From: Chloroflexota bacterium
GTDB taxonomy: Bacteria; Chloroflexota; Dehalococcoidia; DSTF01; JACRBR01
Assembly: GCA_028872875.1 (NCBI GenBank)
Contig: JAGWOC010000009.1
Location: 1,806-65,805, forward strand
Length of the DNA stretch: 64,000 bases
Direction: 5' to 3'
The notes beneath the pieces were generated by a model. The model searched no databases. It was given only the letters and a program-made list of their open reading frames with translations, and had not been told where the DNA came from. The translations under genes and the position numbers were made by a program. The stretch's first letter is position 1. Each line of letters opens with the position of its first letter. This document shows, piece by piece, positions 1 through 9,026 of the stretch.

Positions 1-2
1 AC

Positions 3-191
3 CTGCATCGCGTCGCGCTCAGCGTGTACGACTACAACGAGCGCGCGCGGGCCTCCTATCGCACGTGCGGCTTCGTCGAGGAGGGCCGCCTGCGCGACGA
101 CATCTTTCGTGACGGCCGCTACCACGACGTGATCCGCATGGCCGTCCTGCGGGACGAGTTCTACGCGCTCCACGGCAAAGCCGCCACGTAG
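3..191 (+). CDS. GNAT family N-acetyltransferase, 3' fragment (5' end outside window); near-identical C-terminus to the downstream copy
   Basis: In-frame translation LHRVALSVYDYNERARASYRTCGFVEEGRLRDD...RDEFYALHGKAAT stop; RimJ/RimL-like GNAT C-terminal fold motifs. Confidence 0.7.
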   Translation: MHRVALSVYDYNERARASYRTCGFVEEGRLRDDIFRDGRYHDVIRMAVLRDEFYALHGKAAT

Positions 192-229
192 GGGCGCCGC
201 TTGCTGCGCCCGAGCAGGAGGACGACACG

Positions 230-780
230 ATGATCGAAGGCACGCTCGTCAACCTGCGTGCGCAGGACATGGCCGACCTCGAGCGCAACGCGCGCTGGGT
301 CAACGACCGCGAAGTGACGCGCTTCCTCAACGTGCGCTATCCGTGGCCGCTCGCCGCCGAGGAGGCGTGGTTGCGCGAGCGCACATGACGCCGCTCTCGT
401 ACGGCAATGTGCACTTCGCGATCGAGACGAAGGACGGTGTGCACATCGGCAGCATTGGCCTGCACGTCGCCGTGCCGGAGGACCGCAAGGCCCGGCTCGG
501 CATCACCATCGGCGACAAGGCGTACTGGTCGCGCGGCTACGGCACCGACGCGATGCTCACGCTGCTGCGCTTCGCCTTCGACGAGATGAACCTGCACCGG
601 ATCGACCTCACGGTTGACGAGGACAACGCGCGCGCACGGGCGTGCTACCGCACGTGCGGCATGGTCGAGGAAGTGCGCCTGCGCCAGGAGCGATACGCCG
701 ACGGCGCCTACCGCGACCAGCTCGTCATGGCGATCCTGCGGGACGAGTTCTACGCGCTCCACGGCAAAGCCGCCACGTAG
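230..780 (+). pseudogene. GNAT family N-acetyltransferase, second tandem copy, interrupted by an apparent 1-nt frameshift near nt 385-397
   Basis: N-terminal 55 codons (MIEGTLVNLRAQDMADLERNARWVNDREVTRFLNVRYPWPLAAEEAWLRERT) read in frame 2 and hit TGA at 395-397; the remaining GNAT body (HMTPLSYGNVHFAIETKDG...YRTCGMVEEVRLRQERYADGAYRD...HGKAAT) continues in frame 1 (ORF 343-780). Confidence 0.6.
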
Positions 781-857
781 GGGCGCCGCTTGCTGCGCCG
801 GGCCGGTAGGGGTGCCGCGTGCCGCGCCCACGCCGTAGGGCGCCGCATGCTGCGCCC
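777..857. repeat. Three tandem degenerate copies of a ~23-nt post-stop motif GTAGGGGCGCCGCTTGCTGCGCC (777-799, 806-829, 835-857); copy 1 plus the gene 3' end is a 66-nt exact repeat of nt 148-213
   Basis: Direct comparison of nt 148-213 with 736-801; degenerate reiterations gtaggggtgccgcgtgccgcgccc and gtagggcgccgcatgctgcgccc. Confidence 0.6.
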
Positions 858-878
858 GTTCGTACGCTGCACGCGCCA

Positions 879-1499
879 TTAGCGAAAGGCAGCCGTCAGC
901 TCCCTCGCTGCCCGCTCCGGCGACGCCGCGCCGCACACCGCGCTGATCACCGCCGCCGCGTCCGCGCCCGCGGCGACGACATCGCTGATGTTCGACGCGC
1001 CGATGCCGCCGATCGCCACGACGGGGATCCGCACGGCCCCCCGCACCTCGCGCAGCCGCTCGAGGCTCGCGGCACGGGTGAGGTCCTTCGAGCGCGTCGG
1101 GAAGATCGCGCCGACGGCGACGTAGTCGGCGCCGGCCGCCTCCGCGCGCCGCGCCTCCCCGACGGTGTTCGTCGACACGCCGATCATCATCGACCCCACG
1201 ATGGGCCGCACCGCACCGAGCGGCAGATCGTGCTGCCCCACATGCACGCCGTCCGCCCCGACGGCGAGCGCCAGGTCCGCGTGGTCGTTGACGATGAACG
1301 TCGCGCCGTGCGTCCGGCACAGGGCGCGGATCGCCCGCGCATCGTCGAGCTGGTCGCCCTTGTCGCGCCGTTTGTCACGCCACTGCACGACCTGCGCGCC
1401 GCCGTCGAGCGCCATCCGCGCGACCTCGGCCGGGCTCCGCCCGGCGCAGGCGCCGGGGTCGATGATCACGTACAGGCCGCGGATTTGCCGGTGCTGCAA
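879..1499 (-). CDS. thiE: Thiamine-phosphate synthase
   Basis: Translation LQHRQIRGLYVIIDPGA...VHVGQHDLP...GVSTNTVGEARRAEAAGADYVAVGAIFPT...IPVVAIGGI, typical ThiE motifs; TTG start at 1499; longer ORF extension upstream judged spurious. Confidence 0.85.
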   Translation of the reverse strand: MQHRQIRGLYVIIDPGACAGRSPAEVARMALDGGAQVVQWRDKRRDKGDQLDDARAIRALCRTHGATFIVNDHADLALAVGADGVHVGQHDLPLGAVRPIVGSMMIGVSTNTVGEARRAEAAGADYVAVGAIFPTRSKDLTRAASLERLREVRGAVRIPVVAIGGIGASNISDVVAAGADAAAVISAVCGAASPERAARELTAAFR

Positions 1500-1647
1500 C
1501 GCACACCTCGTCGCGGCTGTCTGCCGCCGACCACACACATTTCCGGCGCGACGCCGGGCCTCCCGGCCGCGATGTGAGGTGCGCTCGGCCGCGTCCCCGC
1601 GCACAATGATGACACGGAGCAGGCACCCACCCCCACCGAGGAGGCGC

Positions 1648-2574
1648 ATGAAGGCCCGCGATCTCGCGCTGCTCCTGCTGCTCGGTGTGATCTGGGGGTC
1701 GGCGTTCCTGTTCATCCGGGTCGCCGTGCGCGACGTGCCACCGATGACGCTCGTCGCCGGCCGCCTGATCCTCGCGGCGGCCGCGCTCCTCGTGCTGCTG
1801 CGGGCGACCGGCCGGGCCTTTCCGCCGCGCGCGGCGTGGCCGATCCTGCTGCTCCTTGGCGTCACGAACAACGTGCTGCCGTTTGTGCTCGTCTCCTGGT
1901 CCGAAGAACGGATCGCGAGCGCCCTGGCCGGTACGTTGAACGCGACGATGCCGCTCTTCACGTTTCTGATCGCCGTGTCGCTCCGCCAGGAACGGCTGAG
2001 CGTCGGCCGCGCTGCCGGCCTCGCGGTCGGCTTCGCCGGCGCGTTCATCATCGTCAGCCCGACGCTCGGCGACCTCGCGAGCGCGAACAAGGTCGCCGAG
2101 TTCGCCGTCATCGCCGCCTCGGCGTCGTACGCGTTCTCAACGGTCGCCGCGCGTGCTCACCTCCGCGCTGGCGATCCCGTTGGGTCTGCTGCCGGCCAGC
2201 TCGTGGCGGGCGCGCTCGTCGCCACGCCCCTGGCACTCCTCGTCGATCGCGCGCCGCACCTGCATGCGTCCGCCGGTGCTGCCATGTCGTGGATCGCGCT
2301 GGGACTGCTCTGCTCCGCGTTCGCGTACATCATCTTCTTCGCGCTCGTGCAGCGCGTTGGCGCCACGCAGGTCGCCCTGGTCAGCTACGTCATCCCCGTC
2401 GTGGCGACCGTGCTTGGCTGGGCGGCGCTCGGCGAGCACATCGGCTACGGCCTGATCGCCGGCCTCGCCCTGATCTTCCTCGCGCTGGCGATGGTCAATG
2501 GCAACGTACGCGGGCTGGTCGCGCACGTGCGCGGCCGCCGCGGCGCGCCGGGCGCGCCCGCCCTCCGGCGCTAA
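1648..2574 (+). CDS. EamA/DMT family drug-metabolite transporter (10 TM)
   Basis: MKARDLALLLLLGVIWGSAFLFIRVAV..., two EamA-like hydrophobic repeats, GC-rich TM segments. Confidence 0.8.
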   Translation: MKARDLALLLLLGVIWGSAFLFIRVAVRDVPPMTLVAGRLILAAAALLVLLRATGRAFPPRAAWPILLLLGVTNNVLPFVLVSWSEERIASALAGTLNATMPLFTFLIAVSLRQERLSVGRAAGLAVGFAGAFIIVSPTLGDLASANKVAEFAVIAASASYAFSTVAARAHLRAGDPVGSAAGQLVAGALVATPLALLVDRAPHLHASAGAAMSWIALGLLCSAFAYIIFFALVQRVGATQVALVSYVIPVVATVLGWAALGEHIGYGLIAGLALIFLALAMVNGNVRGLVAHVRGRRGAPGAPALRR

Positions 2575-2626
2575 TTGGCGCCGGCGGCAGGTGCGCCGTC
2601 TGTCGCCTGTTGGTTGCCGGCCGCTC

Positions 2627-3358
2627 CTACCCTGCCCGCAGGGTGCGCGCCGCCGCCGCATCCAGCAGCCAGGTGCAGTCGCCGTGCGCCTGGAGCCACG
2701 ACGCCGGCACCGCCGCCGTCATGGGCCCATCGACGGCGCGACGCACGATCTCCGCCTTCGCGGCACCCGTCGCGAGCACCAGCACGGTGCGCGCTTCCAG
2801 CAGGTCCGCGATGCCGAGCGTCATCCCCTGCCGGGGCACGCGCTCGATGCCGCCGAACGCCGCAGCGTGCGCCTGGCGCGATGTCTTCGCCAGCTCGACG
2901 ACGCGCGCCCGCGAGTCGCGCGCCGAACCTGGTTCGTTGAACGCGATGTGGCCGTTCGCACCAACGCCGAGCACGCACACGTCGAAGCCGCCCGCCCGGC
3001 GGACCGCGTCCGCGAAGGCGGCGATGTGCGCCTCGCTCTCCGGGGCGCCCGCGTCCGGGACGTGAAGGGCGTGCACCGGCAGGCGCAGGTGCGCGCGATA
3101 GAACATGCGGTTCGTGCCCGGCGTGGCCGGCGCGACGCCGGCGAACTCGTCGATGGCGTAGACCACCGTGCCTGAGAAGTCGGCTTCGCCCGCCGCGGAA
3201 CGTCGCTCCAGCTCGCGGTACATCCCGATCGGTGTGGTGCCGGTCGGCAGGCCCAGCACCGCGTCCGGCTTCGCGTCGACGGCCGCGCAGACGAGGTCCG
3301 CCGCCGCCCGCGCGAGGGCCCCCTCATCCGCCACCGTCACGATACGCATCGCCGCCAT
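2627..3358 (-). CDS. nagB: Glucosamine-6-phosphate deaminase / 6-phosphogluconolactonase family (NagB-like)
   Basis: GLPTGTTP, GVGANGHIAFNEP motifs characteristic of the NagB/Pgl fold. Confidence 0.8.
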   Translation of the reverse strand: MAAMRIVTVADEGALARAAADLVCAAVDAKPDAVLGLPTGTTPIGMYRELERRSAAGEADFSGTVVYAIDEFAGVAPATPGTNRMFYRAHLRLPVHALHVPDAGAPESEAHIAAFADAVRRAGGFDVCVLGVGANGHIAFNEPGSARDSRARVVELAKTSRQAHAAAFGGIERVPRQGMTLGIADLLEARTVLVLATGAAKAEIVRRAVDGPMTAAVPASWLQAHGDCTWLLDAAAARTLRAG

Positions 3359-3448
3359 GCTACCAACAGCGCTGGCCGACCGCCCGCGCGCCGGTTACGC
3401 TGACGCCGCGCATTCCTTCGGCCCCGCGCACGAAAGGACCTGCTGTCC

Positions 3449-4456
3449 ATGACGAAGCGCCTTGGCATCCAGATCGGCTTTGCCGGCAGCCCCGCGGAGC
3501 GCGCCGACCTCGTTGAGCGCGCCAAGATCGCCGACGACCTGGGCGTCGAGTCCGCCTGGGTGGCGGAGGCATGGGGCCGGGACGCCTTCAGCATGCTGAC
3601 GCAACTCGCGCTGGCGACGAAGCACATCCAGCTCGGCACGGCCATCGTCAACGTCTTCAGCCGCACGCCGGCGGTGCTGGCGATGACGTTCGGCACGCTC
3701 GACGAGCTCTCGGGCGGGCGGGCGCTGATCGGGCTCGGCAGCTCCGGTGCCAACGTGGTCGAGCACTGGCATGGCGTGCCCTTCGACCGGCCGGCGACGC
3801 GCCTGCGCGAGTACGTCCAGATCATCGACATGATCATGCGGCGCCAGAAGCTGCAGTACGAGGGCAAGGTCTTCCACCTGGGCCGCGGCTTCACCATGCA
3901 GTTCCCGACGCTCCGCGACCACATCCCTACCTACATTGCCTCGATCACGCCGAAGAGCATGGCGCAGACGGGCGAGATCGCCGACGGCTGGATCCCCATC
4001 TACTGGCCGAAGGACAAGATCCAGGAAGGCGTGGCGACGATCATGCAGGGCGCGCGGAAGGCCGGCAAGGCGCGCGCCGACATCACCGTCGCGCCCTCGA
4101 TCGTGATGCAGATCACGGATGCCGGGAGCGCCGAGCAGGTGCGGATGCAGGCGCGCGCGCCGATCGCGTTTTACGTCGGCCGCATGGGGACGTACTACTA
4201 CGAGATGCTGGTCCGCAACGGCTTCGAGGAAGAGGTCCGGCAGATCCGCGCCGGCTGGGAGGCGCGCGACCCGAAGGCTGCCGCCGCCGGCGTCTCCGAC
4301 CGGATGCTCGAACAGACCGCCGTCGTGGGCCCGCTCGAGCGGTGCAAGGAAGACCTCGATGAACGGCGCGCGCTCGGCGTCGACCTGCCGCTCATCGGCA
4401 TGCCGGGCCGCGACGCGCGCGAGATGGCGACGATCCTCGAAGCGCTGCTGAAGTAG
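3449..4456 (+). CDS. LLM-class F420-dependent (luciferase-like) oxidoreductase
   Basis: MTKRLGIQIGFAG...VESAWVAEAWGRDAFSMLTQLA...LGTAIVNVFSRTPAVLAMT; TIM-barrel LLM signature. Confidence 0.85.
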   Translation: MTKRLGIQIGFAGSPAERADLVERAKIADDLGVESAWVAEAWGRDAFSMLTQLALATKHIQLGTAIVNVFSRTPAVLAMTFGTLDELSGGRALIGLGSSGANVVEHWHGVPFDRPATRLREYVQIIDMIMRRQKLQYEGKVFHLGRGFTMQFPTLRDHIPTYIASITPKSMAQTGEIADGWIPIYWPKDKIQEGVATIMQGARKAGKARADITVAPSIVMQITDAGSAEQVRMQARAPIAFYVGRMGTYYYEMLVRNGFEEEVRQIRAGWEARDPKAAAAGVSDRMLEQTAVVGPLERCKEDLDERRALGVDLPLIGMPGRDAREMATILEALLK

Positions 4457-4480
4457 GGCGCCGCCGCGAGCGCTGGATGC

Positions 4481-4512
4481 GGAGACGGCCCCGGTTCTCC
4501 GGGGCCGTCTCT
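4481..4512. terminator. Perfect 14-bp inverted repeat (GGAGACGGCCCCGG ttct CCGGGGCCGTCTC) between convergent genes; bidirectional terminator candidate
   Basis: Seen directly in sequence, followed by a T-rich stretch tgtctgtgcgtgtcgtgtg. Confidence 0.7.
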
Positions 4513-4534
4513 GTCTGTGCGTGTCGTGTGCGCG

Positions 4535-5089
4535 TCAGTCCTTCTTCGCGCCCGCGCGGTCCGCAGCGTCCGGCGCGTCCTTGGCGTCGGCGTGGCTGTC
4601 GGCCTGCGCCTGGTCGTCGTGGCCGTGCTTCTCCTCGACGTCACAGGGATCCGCCGTAGTCGGCGTGCCGCCGGGCTGCGGCGTGCTGACGGCGCCGCCG
4701 TCCTTGCTGTCGTCCTTCGCCTCGTGCTGGTCGTCGACGTCCTTCTCGTCCTTGTCGTCGTTGCAGCCGGCCGTCGGGGTGCCGCTCGCCGTGGCCGTCG
4801 GCGAAGCTCCGGCGGCCGGCGTGCTCGTGGCTGTCGGTGCGGGCGTCGTCGTGGCCGTCGGCACGCTCGTCGCGGTCCCTGTCGCGGTTGCGGTGCCGGT
4901 CGCCGCGCCCGTGGCTGTCGCCTGCGCAGTTGCGGTGCTCGTGGCCGTGTCGGTCGCCGTTGCCGGCGCTGTGGCCGTCGACGTCGGCGTCGCCTGCGTC
5001 GTCACGCCGTTCTGAGACGCGAAGGCCCCGACGGCAGCCAGGGACACGAGCGCCACTCCGAGTCCCGCACCGATGAACTTGCTGATCAT
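4535..5089 (-). CDS. Secreted low-complexity protein: signal peptide, Thr/Ala-rich repeat region, Cys-containing Asp/His/Lys-rich C-terminus
   Basis: SD GGGAGGGG 5 nt before ATG (MISKFIGAGLGVALVSLAAVGAFASQNG = signal peptide); TATAT/ATGT-type T/A repeats; tail CNDDKDEKDVDDQHEAKDD...CDVEEKHGHDDQAQADSHAD. Confidence 0.55.
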   Translation of the reverse strand: MISKFIGAGLGVALVSLAAVGAFASQNGVTTQATPTSTATAPATATDTATSTATAQATATGAATGTATATGTATSVPTATTTPAPTATSTPAAGASPTATASGTPTAGCNDDKDEKDVDDQHEAKDDSKDGGAVSTPQPGGTPTTADPCDVEEKHGHDDQAQADSHADAKDAPDAADRAGAKKD

Positions 5090-5575
5090 CCGTTCCCCTC
5101 CCAAAGGTCCACGCGTGCGCCGCTCCCCGGGACCGGCGTCACACCGGCTCGATGCGCTTCACCGCATCTGTGCCCCATCTGAATGCTTGCTGGATTCCTG
5201 CACCGGCGACGCCCCGCCCGACCCTCGGCGGGCGGACCGCGCCACTGCGATGCTCGCCTGCCGCGAGCGTGGGACGCTGCTGACGATTCCCTGAACCCAG
5301 TCAAACTATCGGCGCGGGTCCGGCGGGCTGAACACCGTGCGGGCTCGCGCCTTCCCTCAGGACGGCGATGGGATGGCGGTCTCACGATCGTTCAGATTCC
5401 GGGGAAGGCGCCGAGACTTTTCATGAAAGGCCGGCGCAGATGGGGCGCCGACCGGCGGATCCACTGTGTACCGTCCGCGGCCTGCTCGGGCCGGTCGGCA
5501 CGCTCACGGGGGCCAGGGTGCTCCCTCGTGGCGGCGTTGGTCCGTGTAGCCACCGTGGACGGGTGAGGAACTGCG

Positions 5576-6025
5576 ATGGGGGCAGATTCCAGGCAGCGCG
5601 CCGGCTCGCGGCGTGCGTGCGTGCGTGTGCGGTGCGCGGCCGTACGGGGTGAGCGCGGCCAGAGCCTCGCGGAACTGGCGATCATCCTTCCGCTGATCCT
5701 GGTGCTGGTGGTCGGGGTCGTCGAAGTCTCGGCCGCCTTCAACGCGTACATCAGCGTGATCTCCGCCGCCCGCGACGGCGCCCGCCTGGGATCGAAGGGT
5801 TCGGCGGACGACGGCGCGATCCAGGCGCTCGTAGTGAAGGACCTGGGCACCCTGCGGCAGAGCACGCCGCTCTCAAACGTCACCGTGACACACCTGACCG
5901 TCGACTCCCGGCCGGCGATCGAGGTCCAGGCGTGCTACGACCACAAGACGCTGTTGCACGTCCCGATCATCCTGCCGAACACGTTCCACATGTGCTCCAG
6001 CACCACCATGCCGGCGCTGCAATGA
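5576..6025 (+). CDS. TadE-like (Flp pilus assembly TadE/TadG N-terminal domain) protein; true start may be GTG 5621/5627
   Basis: RGQSLAELAIILPLILVLVVGVVEVS TadE-like hydrophobic N-domain; stop overlaps next start (ATGA at 6022-6025). Confidence 0.7.
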   Translation: MGADSRQRAGSRRACVRVRCAAVRGERGQSLAELAIILPLILVLVVGVVEVSAAFNAYISVISAARDGARLGSKGSADDGAIQALVVKDLGTLRQSTPLSNVTVTHLTVDSRPAIEVQACYDHKTLLHVPIILPNTFHMCSSTTMPALQ

Positions 6026-7314
6026 GGTATCGCATGGTCACGCGCGCGAGGTTTCGACGAGACGACTCCGGCCAGGTGGCGGTCCTCTTCGCCATGCTGA
6101 CGCTGATCCTCATCGCGCTGATGGGCCTTGCGGCAGACGTCGGCCGGCTCTACGTCGTGCGTGCGGAGCTCGGCCGCACCGTAGACGCCGCGGCGCTGGC
6201 CGGCGCGAAGGAGCTCCCAAGCCTCACCAACGCGACGCAGCACGCGCAGGACTACATCAACGCGAACGAGCCCGGCGGCAACGTCACCGACACGATCACA
6301 CCGGACGCCGCGTCGCAGCAGGTGTCGGTGACGGCGAGCAAGAAGGTCGACACGATCTTCATGCGCGTCTTCGGGATCAAGACGATGACCGTGACGAACA
6401 GCGCGACGGCGGGCTTCGGTGTCATCCCGGTGGATGCGGTGATGGCCATCGACGCGACCGGGAGCATGGGGGCGAGCCCGTGCAACGGCCAGCAGAGCAA
6501 CAGCGGCTGCCCGGAGTACGAGGCGAAGAACGCCGCCAAGAGCTTTACCAACACGCTGCTGCCGAGCGCCAACACCAGCGTCGGCGCGCTGCCCTTCCGC
6601 GGCTGCTACAACCCGCCGAACGCGAAATGGGTGCCGTGCGTGCCGAACAACAACGGCAACATGATCGTGCCCCTCAACAACGACGCGATCACGGTGACCA
6701 ACGGGATCAACGCGATCAGCGCCCAGGGCGGCACCGGCACGAACGTCTGCGGCGGCCTCGACCGGGCGGCGCAGGTGCTGTATGGCCCCGGCTCCCATGC
6801 GGCATCGAACACCATCCGGGTCATCGTGATCCTGACCGACGCCGCCAACATCTACAACAACGCGTCGTACGTCTCGGGGTCGTCGCCCGCCGCCGCCTGC
6901 ACGCCCGCCAACTCGCCATCGACGTCCGACGCGTACCTCGGCACGGGCTGCTCGGCGCCCGGGCAGGGGACTCCCAACGGGTGGAACCCCGGCTCCTACC
7001 GGACGCCGCCCGGCCGCCAGCTCGACACCAAGACGGTGGCGCGGGCCGACGCGCTCAAGGCGCAGGGGGTCGCGATCTACGTCGTGAACTTCGGTGTCTG
7101 CGGCACCGACGACGGCGCGACGCCGTCCACGAGCTATTGCGCCAACATCGGCAACGCCGACCCGGACACGATCGCGAGCCAGCGGCTGGCGAAGTGCATC
7201 GCCTCGTCTACGCCTGGAACGGACGACCATTACTTCCGCGTCGATGACCCGGCCGCGCTGTCGGGTGTCTTCACCAAGATCGCGCAGAACATCGCATTCA
7301 GGTTGATCAAATGA
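6022..7314 (+). CDS. TadG-like pilus-assembly protein with von Willebrand factor A (vWA) domain
   Basis: DSGQVAVLFAMLTLILIALMGLAADVGRLYVVRAELGRTVDAAALAGAKEL (Tad N-domain) followed by MIDAS-like AIDATGSMG and vWA-like body; ATGA overlap with both neighbours. Confidence 0.75.
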   Translation: MRYRMVTRARFRRDDSGQVAVLFAMLTLILIALMGLAADVGRLYVVRAELGRTVDAAALAGAKELPSLTNATQHAQDYINANEPGGNVTDTITPDAASQQVSVTASKKVDTIFMRVFGIKTMTVTNSATAGFGVIPVDAVMAIDATGSMGASPCNGQQSNSGCPEYEAKNAAKSFTNTLLPSANTSVGALPFRGCYNPPNAKWVPCVPNNNGNMIVPLNNDAITVTNGINAISAQGGTGTNVCGGLDRAAQVLYGPGSHAASNTIRVIVILTDAANIYNNASYVSGSSPAAACTPANSPSTSDAYLGTGCSAPGQGTPNGWNPGSYRTPPGRQLDTKTVARADALKAQGVAIYVVNFGVCGTDDGATPSTSYCANIGNADPDTIASQRLAKCIASSTPGTDDHYFRVDDPAALSGVFTKIAQNIAFRLIK

Positions 7315-7802
7315 GCGGGCGGATCCACGCACGGCGATCGGGGCGGAGGGAGCGCGGCCAGGCGCTGGCGGAGTTCGCGCTCGTGATGCCGATCGTCACC
7401 CTGGTCATCTTTGGGCTCGTCGACCTGTCACGGGCGATGCAGTCCTACGTGACCATCCAGGAGGCCGCGAGAAGCGCCGCACGCTACGCGGTGACGGGCC
7501 GGACGGACTGCACCGGCGTCCAGACCCAGAGCCGCATGAACTGCATCGCTCAGGAGGTCGCCGTCCGCACGGCCAGCCTGAACAACGCCGCCTCAATCAC
7601 ATCGAGCGTCGAGAGCTGGGCGTACCCCAATTACGCCGACCCGCCGACGCCGAACAGCGCCGGCAACCAGTGCGACGCCGTCCAGGTGACGGTCAGCTAC
7701 GACTACACGCCGATGACGCCGATCTTCAACAGGCTCATCCCGCACGTCCCCATGTCCTCCTCGGATCGCATGGTCAACGAGCCCTTCGGCACCTGCTCCT
7801 GA
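7311..7802 (+). CDS. TadE-like protein (second)
   Basis: RGQALAEFALVMPIVTLVIFGLVDLSRAM TadE-like N-domain; start ATG overlaps upstream stop. Confidence 0.7.
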   Translation: MSGRIHARRSGRRERGQALAEFALVMPIVTLVIFGLVDLSRAMQSYVTIQEAARSAARYAVTGRTDCTGVQTQSRMNCIAQEVAVRTASLNNAASITSSVESWAYPNYADPPTPNSAGNQCDAVQVTVSYDYTPMTPIFNRLIPHVPMSSSDRMVNEPFGTCS

Positions 7803-7839
7803 CGGCTCGACACGCGCCCGCTGATGTACGCTTGCGGGG

Positions 7840-8919
7840 ATGACCGCAAGCCGCCGACCATCCGCCCTGCATCCGCTGCCCTTCGCGCCGCCTGTCGAGC
7901 CGATGCTTGCCAGGATCAGCGCCGAGATCCCGGCCGGCGACGCCTGGCAGTACGAGCCGAAGTGGGACGGGTTCCGCGCGCTCGTGTTTTTCGACGGCGC
8001 CAATGCCAACCTGCAAAGCCGTGACCTGAAGCCGCTCGCGCGCTACTTCCCGGAGCTGAGCGACGGCCTCGCGCGCGTGCTGCCGCGATCGCTCGTGCTC
8101 GATGGCGAGATCGTGATCTTCGGCGAGCGCGGACTCGACTTCGATGCGCTGCTGATGCGCATCCACCCGGCGGAGTCGCGGGTGCGCAAGCTCGCCGAGG
8201 AGACGCCCGCGGCGTTCGTCGCCTTCGACCTCCTGGCGGATGGCGGCGACGACCTCCGCGCGCGTCCGCTCGCGGAGCGACGGCAGCGGCTGGAATCCGC
8301 CCTCCGCGGCGTCGCCCCGCCAGCCTACGTGACCCCCGTCACCCGTGACCGCGAGCTCGCGCAGGACTGGTTCCGGCGGTTCGAGGGTGCGGGCCTCGAT
8401 GGCGTCGTCGCCAAGCGCCTCGACGACGCCTATCACCCCGGCCAGCGCTCGATGCTCAAGGTCAAGCACCTCCGCACCGTCGATTGCGTGGTCGGCGGCT
8501 TCCGCTGGAACCAGGGGCAGGAAGGGGAGTCCGTCGGGTCGCTCCTGCTCGGGTTGTACGACAAGGACGGCGTGCTCGCGTACGTCGGTCACACCTCGAG
8601 CTTCAAGGCCGCGGAGAAGCGGGCGCTCGTCGAGACGCTGTCTCCGTTCCTTACCGACGACGAGCGCGCGGGCTTCGGCGGCGGCCGCACACCCGGCGGC
8701 CCGAGCCGCTGGACGGATGCGCGTGCCACTGCCTGGGTGCGGCTGCGCCCCGAGCTCGTGTGCGAGGTCAGCTTCGACCATCTGCAGGGCGAGCGGTTCC
8801 GGCACGCTGCCACGTTCCGTCGCTGGCGTCCGGACAAGCCGGCCCGCGCCTGCACCTTCGGCCAGGTCGTGAGCGCCATCCCGGTCGAGCTGCAGCAGGT
8901 CTTTGCCGCCAGGCCCTGA
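7840..8919 (+). CDS. ATP-dependent DNA ligase (LigC / LigD ligase-domain type, NHEJ-associated)
   Basis: Adenylation motif I EPKWDGFR, motif-rich body LVLDGEIV, OB-fold tail; alternative start at ATG 7903. Confidence 0.85.
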   Translation: MTASRRPSALHPLPFAPPVEPMLARISAEIPAGDAWQYEPKWDGFRALVFFDGANANLQSRDLKPLARYFPELSDGLARVLPRSLVLDGEIVIFGERGLDFDALLMRIHPAESRVRKLAEETPAAFVAFDLLADGGDDLRARPLAERRQRLESALRGVAPPAYVTPVTRDRELAQDWFRRFEGAGLDGVVAKRLDDAYHPGQRSMLKVKHLRTVDCVVGGFRWNQGQEGESVGSLLLGLYDKDGVLAYVGHTSSFKAAEKRALVETLSPFLTDDERAGFGGGRTPGGPSRWTDARATAWVRLRPELVCEVSFDHLQGERFRHAATFRRWRPDKPARACTFGQVVSAIPVELQQVFAARP

Positions 8920-9026
8920 GGCCTTCGCAGTCGGCACCCTGTACCCGGATCCGCAAGTCGTGTGCCGGCCCCCGGCGCTGCCGCGCTGACAACTGACGAC
9001 CGACTACTGACACCGAAGATCTTGCC

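Noticed and set aside
879-2111. 410-aa minus-strand ORF extending upstream of thiE
   Set aside because: Only the 3' ~207 codons resemble ThiE, and a TTG start with the conserved LYVIIDP N-terminus lies at 1499. The upstream part overlaps the well-supported plus-strand EamA transporter and has Arg/Ala-rich junk composition.
4453-4476. Post-stop sequence TAGGGCGCCGCCGCGAGCGCTG after the LLM gene resembling the GNAT post-stop motif
   Set aside because: Similarity is limited to ~11 nt of GC-rich sequence after a TAG stop. It cannot be distinguished from chance in ~70% GC DNA without a genome-wide count.
4517-5182. Plus-strand 221-aa and 164-aa Ala/Val/Arg-rich ORFs antisense to the Thr/Ala-rich gene
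   Set aside because: They are mirror-image low-complexity translations of the minus-strand gene. The minus strand has a strong SD and a signal peptide, while the plus-strand ORFs have neither.
5935-7332. 465-aa minus-strand ORF antisense to the TadG-vWA gene
   Set aside because: Arg/Gly/Val-rich antisense artefact typical of high-GC DNA. The plus strand carries recognisable Tad and vWA/MIDAS motifs and translational coupling.
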